A stretch of DNA of 64,000 nt, taken from assembly GCA_030704615.1 (NCBI GenBank), contig CM060731.1:39122001-39186000 (forward strand), given 5' to 3'. The notes under the pieces are model-generated. The model was not told the DNA's origin. It ran no database searches and was given only the letters and a program-made list of their open reading frames with translations. Numbering within the stretch: the first letter of the stretch is position 1; every line of letters begins with the position of its first letter. Position numbers and translations under genes: made by a program. Below, piece by piece: positions 1-12,649 of this stretch. Source of the stretch: Takakia lepidozioides. Taxonomy: Eukaryota; Plantae; Bryophyta.

Positions 1-1333
1 AGGCATAGGGGAGACTCCAACCAATCTCCAGGAGTTGATTGATTGCGCGAAGAGATACTTTGATCTTTGGGGGCTAGAGGCTAATGTCAGCAAATGTGCA
101 GTGGTAGCATTCAACGACAGAGGAGAGGGAGGAAGTGATCTTAAGTGGCAGTGGGGTAGCCAAGAGATCCCGGTCCTCCCTTCCTACACTTACCTGGGCG
201 TTGAGTTCTCCTCCAATTGTAATTGGAATGCACATATCTGGAAAGTTGTTCAAACTGGCAAGGGCAAAGCTCTGGGGCTCACTAAATTTTTCCACTGCAG
301 AGGGGTCAACTCTGAGGTTAAGAAAACCATGCTTTGTCGCGTTATTAGACCTGCCTTGGAGTACGGATCTGCTATATGGGTTGATAACTCCAACCAGGCT
401 AAGTCTCTAGAATCCATTCAAGTGGGGGTGCTTAAGGAGTGTATGTCAGCGTGCTCCAAAACAGCCAATGTGGCTGTTCGGGGTGAGTTTGGCATTCCTT
501 CCTTAAGCTCCTGACGAGATGAATTCAAGGTCAGATGGTGGGGTCAGCTGCAACATATGCCCAACACCAGATATCCTAAGTTAATCGACTCTATATCTTG
601 GAAACAGGATCGCCCTGTCAAACAGGCTAAGTCCTGGCAGAAGAGAGTAGAAGAGATCCTCAAGGACCTGGACCTGGATCCGCAAGTCTTGACCCTGCTG
701 GATAAATCTGACTTAGAGGCTGTAGTGTCCTCAGCCATGTCTGTTGCCATGAGATTGTCTGATGAAAATGAAGTTAGGCAGAAAACTTCCCTGAACTTGT
801 TTCCAGTCTGTGACATGGGGGAGGACATCTTGGATGACCTCAAGGGTCTACCCACTCTCGGCACTAGACTGAAATTTAAAACTCAGGGCAGGAAGCCTAC
901 CTTTGAACAGCAAACAGAAGCAGAGAGGAAAGGGAGAGTGCAATTGCCCGTTGTGTGGGCAATCTGAAGACAGTATTCATTTTCTGATACACTGTCCGGG
1001 GTTCTCTCATCAAAGAGGCGCTCTCTTCAAATCTATTAAGGGAATTGTGCCTGTACCCCTGTTTACCAACTTTGAAAGTCTCGAGGCTGAGCCAAAAGCC
1101 CAGGCCCTCCTGAGGCCTAGTTTTTGGGCAAATCACACACAGCAGATTGATGCTTGTGTGAAGGGATTTCTAGAGGATATCTGGAAAACCCGGATTAATT
1201 CTTTATATGGAGGTAAGTCTTACTACCAACGTCAGCCCCTGACAGAGGTAGGTTCTGTCCCTTTTGTTCCCGCTCAAACTGGGCGCGGGGTCAATGGCCA
1301 CAAGGCTACAGCAAACAACGTCTTATGAGTACA
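1..1333 (+). mobile_element. 3' part of a degenerate non-LTR retrotransposon (LINE), RT C-terminus plus CCHC zinc knuckle; probably intronic
   Basis: YTYLG RT motif and RPALEYGS in ORF 35-514, CPLCGQSEDSIHFLIHC in 903-1328, with a stop and a frameshift between ORFs. Near-identical to 34387-35687, sharing the 3' end ...CTTATGAGTACA. Confidence 0.9.
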
Positions 1334-1524
1334 ATCTGAAATCTGGGGTTGAATTCAATTACTTTCTTACAATTGTAAACCTCATGTTTTGAGCTTTCAG
1401 TCGCTGGAAGTTGGTAGGCCTCAAAAGTGAGCCCTTTAGGGTATAAGGAACATTACATCCAAACAGCCATCCATTGTGCTCAAAAAATACTCTTACAAGT
1501 AAACCTGGCTGGCTGTGAGGACAG

Positions 1525-2431
1525 ACCAGTTTCTGGCATGTGGGAAGAAGAGCGACGAGGCACATGACCTGGCATCACAGATATGGGTAGCTGTGCTTGA
1601 CAATCTCGATGAGAGTGAGTGCACCTTTCACCTCCTCATGAGGATTGCTGAAGAATGGGAGGTAATTCACTTCTGTGCATATTGCTTCTCTGTTTCAACT
1701 GTTTTCTGAATTCACGCCAACTGGTTGACCTGTGAATCCACTGACTCAGCCTTCCAAGTAGGCTCCAACTATATCCACATGAGGGCAAATAGTAAGCAAC
1801 TGAAGTGGGAACACCTGTGGATATGTTGGAAAGTAGTCCTTTTAAATTCCTAAATATTATCATTGGGTTGGGGGGAGGGTTTGTAGTTTCAGTGGCATAA
1901 AGCATGGGCTTGGTTCAGGGAGTGCTGGAATGTGAGACACCCAGTATAGGCCACCTGCAGATTGGTGCAGGGCCAAAGTTAAGCATTTCAGTGGGACAGA
2001 ACAGAAATGGTATGGTTGAGGTGTCATACGTTTATGCAATGAAGCAGTGCTATATCAGCGACTTACACTGGTATCTACTATGGACACTTAGGTGTATTCT
2101 CATGGGAACAAAGCCAATGGGTAGGATGATGCTCATGCACTTGTTGCTTTCTCAGCACTCTTAATGGACATCTTATGGTACCTTTCCTGACTGACTAGGA
2201 GTCTGGATCCACTCAGTACGAGGGAGAACTTATGAATGTTTGCGTCATGTCATGATTTGCCAGGTGTTTCTACCATACCCCTATTCAAAATCGCATGCAG
2301 TCCAATGGAGACTATTTGAGCGCCTCTTCACTGACTTCCGTGACTGCCTCTCTCAATTTGATTACTTTGATGTGCTGACTCGTGCCAAACACAAGTTTGA
2401 ACTCATTCCTCCTACGTGGCTTGGGTATTGA
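1525..2431 (+). CDS. Last two exons of a conserved, uncharacterised plant protein (5' exons outside the window)
   Basis: Exon 1525-1661 (cag|..|gtaatt) DQFLACGKKSDEAHDLASQIWVAVLDNLDESECTFHLLMRIAEEWE joins in frame to exon 2264-2431 VFLPYPYSKSHAVQWRLFERLFTDFRDC...IPPTWLGY*. Resembles a conserved plant C-terminus as recalled. Confidence 0.7.
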
Positions 2432-3569
2432 GCTAGTACTGTTGTATGGCTGCAATACACAAAAGGATTATCTGCTGTTTGTATGAGGTTGTCCGGAAGT
2501 CTTTTGCAGAAGGTCATGTCATCATCTTTTGCTATGCAAGATCTCTACAGTACCTCTGCAGCGTGAGACCGAGGGTTTTCTGCCTCCTCAGTGGGAGGAT
2601 TGGGGGCTGCCTGGTCTTAAGTTATGGTTATGATACAATGAAGTACATCCTTCAATTTAATGATTTTAATGAGCTGTAATCTAGTCATCTTACATCCCTC
2701 AGGGCAGTGTGACCTTTGAGGGAGAGATCGACTTCAGTTTCCTTGGAGGCTGAAGCCATCTCGGACACATGCTAGGAATTGTCCTGGTTATAAATATCCT
2801 TTGTACAACACAAGGTTCTTGTAAATAAAGCCCATTCTTGTAATATTTTTTTTGTCAGTATGACAATCAAGTAGGACAGTGGATTCATTGCTCAGTAAGG
2901 TGCTTCTTTGTACACCCTTTACCTTTGGTTGACTCTGCTTGGCACTTCATCCACAGGGATGCTCTCTTTTTTTCTCATTCCATGGTGAGCTCCAATGCTA
3001 GAAGTTCAATCATGTGCAGAGCTCTTGCTGTGAGCAATTTTTTATAGCTTCACCGCGTTAATTCTAGTTGGCCCAAGGCTCAAGTCAATAGGGAAAGCTT
3101 CAAGTTGTTACAAACACCTTCACACTCAGGCATTGAAGAACCTGGACAGAAACAAGCGGCTAGTCACTTGTGGCTCCTCTTTTTCAATAATGGAATCTAT
3201 TTTCATCCATAATTACCTTGAAAGTTCATCCATTTATTTTTCGCACTAGGGCGCTGCCCACGAGATCCTACGCGTCCAGCGGATCTCACTTTTGCCAGGG
3301 ATTTTCCCTTGGCTTATTTGCCTAGCTTGCTACTCCAAGTGGTGCATGCATTGTCCTTAGTAGAGAGCTCCCCCAGTGGACTCACGGAGTACACTTCCTC
3401 CGAGAAAGACGAAGACGAGGCAAACTCTATCACCAGTAGGGTGAAAGCAGGTACAACGGTGGCTCAATTTTGTGTCACAGCACGTGTTTTACATGACATA
3501 GTTTGATTCAATTGTACCTTAGAGACAAATTTTTATTACAATAATGAAATGGGATTAAAAAAGGTGGAA

Positions 3570-3571
3570 AA

Positions 3572-3613
<42 letters not shown>

Positions 3614-3797
3614 TTTTAATTTTTTTTAAATGATGATGCGTTGTGGAAGCAAGCGTAACTTGTGGTGTCACTTGACCCCATAGGGCTACTGCCTTCCGGT
3701 GGGAAGGTGGACACCCTAATGACTTCCAACAGGTGGATTGAACCCACAACCATTCGTGAGAGGGTATGTGCCCTTACCACTGGGCTACATGTTGGTT
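3570..3797 (-). mobile_element. tRNA-derived SINE with (AAT)n tail
   Basis: Minus strand reads TGTAGCCCAGTGGTAA (A box)...GGTTCAATCC (B box)...GCCCTATGGG, then an A/(AAT)n tail seen as (TTA)n at 3572-3612. Related copy at 13180-13316. Confidence 0.65.
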
Positions 3798-3803
3798 GTC
3801 AAA

Positions 3804-3865
3804 ATGGGACTCACTCTTATGTTTCCAACTAGGGATGGGACTCACTCTTATGTTTCCAACTAGGG
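3804..3865. repeat. Perfect 31-bp tandem duplication
   Basis: ATGGGACTCACTCTTATGTTTCCAACTAGGG twice. Confidence 0.9.
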
Positions 3866-4581
3866 CTTCGTGTTGCTCCGCACTACTAGCGACGAATTCT
3901 GAGAACTATGTTCAATTTTTCACAAAAAAAAAAGTCGGATCATCCCCGCGATGGTACATGCATAGATCCCGTGTTTTGTTTTTTTTTGGAAGAAAACTGG
4001 CGAATCTGCATTTCAACATTCAATTTTAAGAAGCCGCATCAATCAATAACAACATACCCAAATACCCTTACATTCACTGTATGAACTTTCAAGCATCCAC
4101 CATGGGATTGGATCTTGGTGGGATAAGGCTAGCTTTTGACAATATTCATGCAAGTTCATCAAGGGCTCCATCCAAAGCCACACCACGAGACACAAACACA
4201 TGTCCAAATTTAAGATGCTGAACAAACTTGTGCATAGGGCTGCCCCTCTCATCAAGCTCATTAAAATTCGTATTCACTTCCATCTTGAAGCTTTGGAGAA
4301 GCTCCACCGCCCAAACCCAGAATTAGGACAGCACTCTGATTTCCATCCACTATCACCGGAATCAGTCAAAAATCACCCCTTCAGTCAAGTGCAATTATGG
4401 GCTGACTTCCCACCTATGCCGGGTAGACCCCACTATCATTTCCTGTGGATTTATGGCACAGGAAATGCACTCAACAGTACATCATGGTCAATACTTTCGG
4501 GAAATGGTAGATGGTGTGAGTAGCTAAGTCACAGATCAATGAATGAAGCAAGACACTCGCATCTTTCCAAGAAGACATTCA

Positions 4582-7500
4582 TCAGTAATCACCACAAGAA
4601 CAAATCCCATCTTCAAAGTGATGAAAGCGGTTAGCGTCCCGTACAACAATTGCTCGGCCAATAATCTTTGAGATGAATTTGGTGGAGGTGTGGCAGTCAC
4701 CACACACTCGAAGATTCTTGATGAGACGGAGAGGCGTCCTAGGGGTCATGCTGATCAGCCCAAAACCAATGGCCAGCTTCTCACTGTGGTGGCAAAGAGA
4801 AAATTAATTTTTCTCCTCCCCAAATTATGCAATACAAAGCGCCTGTCAGGCACATACCCTGCCTCCTTCATCTTCCCAGACAATCTTCTCAGCTCAGCAT
4901 GGATTTCCTTAATTCTGGGATGCAACTTGTCATCTACAACGAAGGTGTGCACCCTGTTGCAAACCTCAATGCAGCAGCGACCTGGCTCCTTTTCAACCCC
5001 TCTGACCTTCATCATTCTTCTCACCTTTACAGTATCAACCCACCTGCCAGCTGCAGCATAGATATTTGATAGCAACATAAGTCACGACATCCTGTTCATT
5101 CCACTTGAGGATAGATGTTGCCGCACGTTGAGTCATCTCTACATCGTCCTGGATTCTGCAGGCACTAAAGAAGGTCTTCCACACCAACAACATCTGGATT
5201 GATTGGCATTTTATTAATCAGGTCCACTGCCTCATCCAGTTGTCCCGCACGTCCAAGAAGGTCCACTATGCAGCCAAAGTGCTATACTGTCGGAGTGACA
5301 CCATGATCTTGAATTAGGGAATCGAAGTAGCGTCTACCTTCATTCAGAAGGCCAGTGTGGCTGCATGCAGAGAGAACACATACTGCTTCAAGTCGTTCTT
5401 CAAATAGTTGCAGGACCTCCCTATGACAACCATGAGCTGTGCATATCCTGTGATCATTGCATTCCACGACACCACATCTCATTCAGCCATATTGTCGAAC
5501 ACTCCTTTTGCATCCTCCATGCACCCACATTTGGCATACATGTCCACCAGGCAGAGTTCCAGCTCTGACGATGTCGCCATGGACCTCTTTCCCCTTTTCC
5601 AGAGCTGCCAGGGCAGTGTTTAGAATGACATTTGGTACAATTCCAGCTTTGACGATATCCCCATGCACCTCTTTGCCCTTCTCTAGGGCTGGCAGGCTTG
5701 CGCGACGCCACATTTTGTTCAGCCATAGTGTTGAACACCCCCATTGCGTCCTAGATGCACCCACATTTTGCAAACATATCCACCAGGGTATTGTTCAGAA
5801 TGAAATCTGGTATAATTCCAGCTCTGAAGATGTCTCCATGGACCTCTTTGCCCCTTTCCAGAGCTGTCAGGCTTGCACACACATTGCAAACGCAACCAAA
5901 CGTGATGTGGTCGGGCTTCACCCCTTCTCCCATCATTTGTTCATAAGTCTCCAAAGCCTCCATACCACGTTCTTGCTGTGCATACCCTGCAAGCATTGCG
6001 TCCAATGGCACCACATCTCGTTCAGCCATAGTGTTGAAAACTCCCTTCGCATCCTTAATGCATCCACATTTGGCATACATGTCCACCAGAGCAATTTGCA
6101 GAATGACATCTAGTACAATTCCAGCTTTGACGATGTCACCATGGACCTCTTTCCCCTTTTCCAAAGCTCCCCGGCTTGCACACTGTAAACACAAACAAAT
6201 GTGATGTGGTTGGGCTTCACCCTTTTGCGTAGCATTTGCTCATAGGTCTCCAAAGCATTCCTGATACACCCGTGCTTGGTAAATCCTGCCAACATTATGT
6301 TCCACATGATCAAACATCGTTGAGGCATTCTGTTGAACACTTGGTGAGCATCCATGATGCTCCCACACTTAACATACATGTTGACAAGGGAGTTGAGTAG
6401 AAAAAAAATTGATGTGAATCCATTTTGGATAATGTGAGTGTGCACCTGTTTTCCAGCTTCCAGACCTCCCATCTTGATGCACTTAAGCAAGAGATAAGCA
6501 TACGTATCTGAATCTGCTGAAATGCCTCCTTGGTTTATAGTCTGTAGAGCCTCTGCCAGTCTGCCTGTCGCACGAAGTATCTTCACATGCCCAGAAGTGT
6601 CAGAAGAGGTATTGTGGACTCCCTCTCTTGATCCTCTTTCAGAAGCTGTGGCCATGGATGAGGTGCCTGATTTCATCAACTGTGCCGCTGCAACTGCTGC
6701 ATTTAGTTGACCATCTATCCAGAGAGACCACATATAAAGGTGATACTGTCCGGTTTCAAGCCGTTTTTTTACATTCCTTCAAATAGTTGCAGGACCTCCC
6801 TATGACAACCATGCTGGGCATATCCTGCGATCATTGAATTCCACGACACCACATTTTGTTCAGTCATCCTGTCGAACACTCCCTTTGCATCCTCGATGCA
6901 CTCACATTTGACATACAGGTCCAGCAGGGCAGTGTTCAGGATGACATCTAGTACAAATCCAGCTTTGACGATGTCACCATGGACCTCATTGCACCTTTCC
7001 AGGGCTGCCAGGCTTGCACAAGCATTGCAAACGCAAACAAATGTGATGTGGTTGGGCTTCACCCTTTCGCACATCAATTGCTCATAGGTCTCCAAAGCCT
7101 CCATCCCGCCCCTTGCTGTGTATATCCTGCAATCATCGCACTCCACGACACCACATTTCTTTCAGCCATACTGTCGAACACTCCCTTTGCATCCTCGATG
7201 CACTCACATTTGACATACATGTCCAGCAGGGCAGTGTTCAAGATGACATCTGGTACAAATCCAGCTTTGACAATGTCACATGCATGGACCTCATTGCACC
7301 TTTCCAAAGATGCCAGGCTTGCACACGCATTGCAAATGCAAACAAACGTTATGCGGTTGGGCTTCACCCCTTCGCACATCAATTGCTCATAGGTCTCCAA
7401 CGCCTCCATCCCGTGCCCTTGCTGTGCATATTCTGCAATCATCGCCCTCCACGACACCACATCTCCTTCAGCCATACTGTCGAAAACTCCCTTTGCATCC

Positions 7501-10500
7501 TCGATGCACTCACATTTGACATACATGTCCAACAGGGCAGTGTTCAGAATGACATTGGGTACAATTCCAGATGTGACGATGTCACCATGGACCACTTTTC
7601 ACCTTTCTAGAGCTGCCAGGCTTGCACACGCATGCAAATGCAAACAAACGTTATGCGGTCGGGCTTCACCCCTTCCCCCATCATTTGCTCATAGGTCTCC
7701 GAAGCCTCCATCCCGCCCCTTGCTGTGCATATCCTGCAATCATCGCTCTCCACGACATCACATTTCTTTCAGCCATACTATCGAAAACTCCCTTTGCATC
7801 CTTGATGCACTCACATTTGACATACATGTCTAGCAGGGCAGTGTTCAGGATGACATCTGGTACAAATCATTTGACGATGTCACCATGGACCTCATTGCCC
7901 TCGCAAGGACTCACCTGAATCGAAGAGCCTTTGTTAAGTTGCCTCTCTGGTATCTTCAAAAACGGTCCACTTGCTAACCCAGACTAGCAACCGAGTAGTC
8001 TAAATAGTAGGCACCCAGATATACAATAGTCAGACTGTGCCCCACATGCATAACCTAATTGTTAACATATGGGGCTAATTCCGTTTTCAAGAATTTCAGC
8101 ATACATATGTCTAACTCCCTGGAAATGAACTGACATCTGCCAACTGCCAATAGGACTAATGTCGCTGTTACGAATCATCACCAGCGCTCATGTGTCTACT
8201 CTGAAACCATAGGCCATCTCTCCACATTGTGTCATAAGCCTATTTGACATCCAGGAAAAAAACATACGTGGGTTTCCCTTCTTTTTTCCTTCCCTGGATA
8301 ATCTGGCTTAGAGTGAAGATATGATCCACACAGCCCCTGTTTTGCCGAAAGCCAGCTGGGCCTTTGTGGAAACAACCTCTAGACTCCAGATCATGAACCT
8401 CGAGACAAGCCAATGAATCTGTATAGACGTTCACAAGGTTTATTCCTTTGAAACAGTGACCGAAACATGAACGATCCCTCAAATGGCGGAAGGCCCTGGA
8501 AGGTTACCCAGTATGAGATGACTCGAGAATAAGTGGACAGGTAGGGAAGCACGAAAATCCATTCCCCCATCATTTGCTCATAGGTCTCCGAAGCCTCCAT
8601 CCCGCACCCCTGTTGTGCATACCCTGCAAGCATCACACTCCATGACACCACATCTCGTTCAGCCATAGTGTTGAACACTCCCTTGGCATCCTCGATGCAC
8701 CCACATTTGGCATACATGTCCACCAGGGCAGGGGCAGTGTTCAGAATGACATCTAGTAATCTGACAGGCATTCATCTTTTTGCCTCGATTGTCCCACCAT
8801 TGACTGGGATCAGAAAAATATTCATTCCACAACTTCTCCTCATCTCTGTTACCTGTTTGTGGATACTTTCATGTTGTCACATTGGCAGTATCATGTCAAA
8901 GTCACTCCAAACTATCCCAGGTTCACTCAACCAGCTAACTTGCAGAATTCAACATTAAAATTTAGGGCCGATTATAAGAGGGAAAAACAGGGTAAAATGT
9001 GTTGAAGTGCCTTCATTAGCAGTGCCTGAATTTATCAATTGTACCGCTGCTGCTGCGGCTTCCAGTTGACCATCTACCCATGCAGGTTTCTTGTAGCTAT
9101 CCAGTGAGTGTGCACCTGCTTTCCAGCTTCCAGACCTTCCATCTTGATGCACTTAAGCAAGAGACAGACATACGTATCTGAATCCGCTGAAATGCCTCCT
9201 TGGTTTGGAGTCTGTAGAGCCTCTGTCAGGCTGCCTGCTGCATAAAGTATCTTCACATGCCCAGAAGTGCCAGAAGTGGCATTGTGGACTCCCTCTCTTG
9301 ATCCTCTTTCAGAAGTAGTGGTCATGGTTGAGATGCCTGATTCTATCAACTGTGTCGCTGCAGTTGCTGCCTTTAGTTGACCATCTACCCATGCAGGTTT
9401 ATTGTAGCTATTGATCCACATGGAATCATAGGTCATCTGGAGCTTGAAGTCCGACCCTCTTGGATGAATCTGTCCACCTACACACTATCTCTGCTCCTTC
9501 AGCTATCCATGCCTCTGCACAAATCATACATACATCCTTGCCTTGCTGCTATTAGCTGACAATGACAGCCTAGATTTGTTCTAGGAAACACCCAACTCAA
9601 CTTATCACACTAGTTCTTATGCTTAATTGCATCTGCTACTCTCTATCAGGCATTCACCTTTTGCCTCCATTGTCCCACCATTGACTGGGGTCAGAAAAGT
9701 ATTCATTCCACAGCCTCTCCTCGTCTCTGTTAGCTGTTTCTAGATACTTCCTTGTTGTCACATTGACAGTATTGTGTCAAAGTCACTCCAAACTAGATTC
9801 ACTCAACCAGCTAACTTGGAGAATTCAACATGGAAATTTAGGGCAGATTCTGATAAGAGGGAAAAACAGGGTGAAATGTGTTGAAGAAAGCAGTGCCTGA
9901 TTTTATCAATCGTGTCACAATATCACTGGGTAATTCTTGATGAGGGTGTTCTCAAGGCACCCCTATCATCAAAGTGTGGCTGTTGGTCCTTCAGGTGGCA
10001 TCTGTGGGGAAATTGTGGCAGAAGCAGAAATGACGTTATAATATATGTTTGATATATCACTGCTTATGGAATCGGGAGACTTGCCTTGTATCTGGATTTG
10101 TTAACATGATTTGCAAATGAAGTATCTGATGTATACCATGTCTGAAATCTAAATGTGCCCTACCTCTTGCTCATGAATCCTTTTCAATGAATCGAGCTTC
10201 TCCTCAGCCAGATTGGAGCTGTTTCTGAGCAGCTGGACCTCTGACGAGAACTGGGCAATGAGGTAGCACGATCACCTGCTCACCCACACTATGAAGCCCG
10301 GTGGTGAATTCTACCCAGTTTTGTTTCTGCATGTGAACACAACCTGACATATCCTTCGTGCTCATGGAAAATCAATCACGGAGACTCACTGTGCGGGTCT
10401 TAAACAAGGAAGTAAGGTGTAATCTAAGCTGCACTTTTCTTCTGTCCCACCCAATCACGAGTGAAAGCTTCCAATTCCGTCTGCAAGAAACTCCTCCCCA

Positions 10501-10620
10501 TCTGTTGTCTTTTCGAATCATAGGTAATCTGGAGCTTGAAATCCGGCCATTTTGGATGAATCTGGACCCACACTCGATCCCTGCTCCTTCAGCTATCGAT
10601 ACATGTGCTTGCAAGGTGAA
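4582..10620 (-). pseudogene. Scrambled PDF-PPR(PLS)-DYW pseudogene complex
   Basis: DYW end reads [11 protein letters not shown] at 4582, and E/DYW is frameshifted (4582-5330). Frameshifted P-L-S repeats at 5330-6500, 6745-7900 and 8560-8760. N-terminal linker repeated at 6500-6733 and 9110-9380. PDF half-exons at 8776-8870, 9040-9105, 9370-9469, 9658-9750 and 10519-10560. Confidence 0.9.
8205..8365 (-). mobile_element. Non-LTR RT fragment inside the PPR pseudogene
   Basis: GFRQNRGCVDHIFTLSQIIQGRKKEGKPTYVFFLDVK*AYDTMWRDGLW, a LINE RT motif block with an in-frame stop. Confidence 0.8.
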
Positions 10621-12649
10621 TCGATGGCGGAAAACGCAGAGCTTCTGCAGTACAAGAAGATCAAGATCCGGACATTGCGGACAGTTCCAAAAACGTTGGT
10701 GCTGCGATTTCTATTGGCCTATTTCGCGCGGGCTGTCCGGGCAGATTCCAAAGAAATTGACGACGACGATGACGTGGCACTATGGCACCCTATTCCTGCT
10801 CTACGCTAAACTAGCTTCCGACCTTGGGTCATCGCTAGAACTACTACAAGCTCTAATCTTTAAATTCTCACCAAGAAATGAGGTTGATATGTCGAAGTAA
10901 TGGACTTTAGAAAATTGCATACGACAATGTCACAGTCCACAAAAAAAAAGTGTTATGGACTTTACTACAGCAAACAAATATGATAAAACATACTCATATT
11001 AGTATTGCTCTACTCTTAAAGATACTAAAGTCATATACAAAACATCAAAAAAATGAAATTTCTTACTACTATATATTATTATAAGCCTCGAAAAACTGAT
11101 TTTTATCAAAATACATGAATGCATGAAACAAAGTAAAATAATAGACTTATTTCATTAAAAGGTACATTTCATGTAGATGAAGAGTAGCGTGAGTCCCACT
11201 ATGCGATACAGCAAAAATATAAAATGTAAGAAATAAAATAAGAAAAAAAGAATAATATCTTTATTAGGAAAAATAGAAATAATGCCATAGTGTCTGTTCC
11301 TATCAACTTTAGATGATCATATCTTTCAGCATGGATGAATCTAGTGACTATATTTTTTCCATAATCATTAAATCAAAATTCTAAAAAACCTTGGGATTTC
11401 TTGTGAAGGCCATACAGTGGACTTTTCTGGGCCACCGTAGCTTGCTTTCACCCAATAGTCGCCGTGGGTGGATCATTGGTGAGGATTCGGGAACTCCTAG
11501 AATGAGGGGTCGTGGTTCCATTTGATTTATGTTGCATTTGAGATGCGTAGCATTGTGCGGTTGAGGCTTGTTGTATCAAACCAGCATGGTTACATACTTT
11601 TTGCATGTTCCGCGACTAACAAAATTGCAAGAAGTAAGCACTAGAATGCCAACATCAGGACAAAAGTCAGCATGTCATTTGATGAAAAAGTAAAGCGCAT
11701 CCGGCATCGATTCTTCCATCGCCTCTGTGTGTCCGAGATCGAATTGAGGAATACGTTCGGTATATGGCCGAAAAGAAGAAGCACAAAAAGTGTTGGATTG
11801 ACGAACAGGTCTGGTGCACCGGAAAACTTCTAAACAGGGAACTCTGAATTTTTATTGGTGCCCTGATACTGAAAAGTACTTCCTGATATGCCTTCTCAAG
11901 GTAATACCTCCCTCAGATAACATCTTCTTTATTGAAAGTTATGAAAAATAAATGGATGAATTTTCAGGTTTATATGGATGAAAGTAGATTTCACTATTCG
12001 CAAAGAGGAGCCATACACGGTTTAGCGGCTTACTTAGAATATATATAGTTTAAATGACTCGCATTTTTCCCTCATTCCATTGAAAATCGCTATCCAATGG
12101 CTGAAGTACCTCATCATTCCTGCCCTCATTTCCTTAACTATCACTAGCCATCCGCAACCACCTCCTCACATGCTCTCCGTCTCCTCACATGCTCTCCTTC
12201 TCCTCACAAGCCCACCGACACCTCTAACTTGGCTCCGCCGGGCTTTTGGCGGGCTCCTTCTAACCCGCCTTTGCACGTCTTGGGACGCCCTAGCTGAGCC
12301 AAACCCACCTAGGTAGGTCAGTGTATTATCCCGTGTACGTACTCGACTCTTACCTCTACCCCTCCATTTTCACTTTCAATTGGTGCTAACGACCCTCACT
12401 AAGTGGACTACTTCAACATTTTTATTGGTGTGTAAATAGGCCCAATTGACGTTATTGTTCTTGCCAGGAAATATACTTGGGAGCACTATGCTCTCAATCT
12501 TCTTCTGCAGAAGTGATCATATTTTCGTCGTTCTTTACATGGGAAAATGCCTCGACTCATAGATTGTCTTTTTCGCTCTCTCTATGAGAAGAGAAGATAA
12601 CATGAGATAGCAGATCCCACCCTCCAAACGCTGAGGGGTGTTGCTGATC

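Noticed and set aside
10358-10900. 180-aa and 85-aa plus-strand ORFs
   Set aside because: No recognisable domain; they overlap an antisense PDF fragment and promoter-like sequence.
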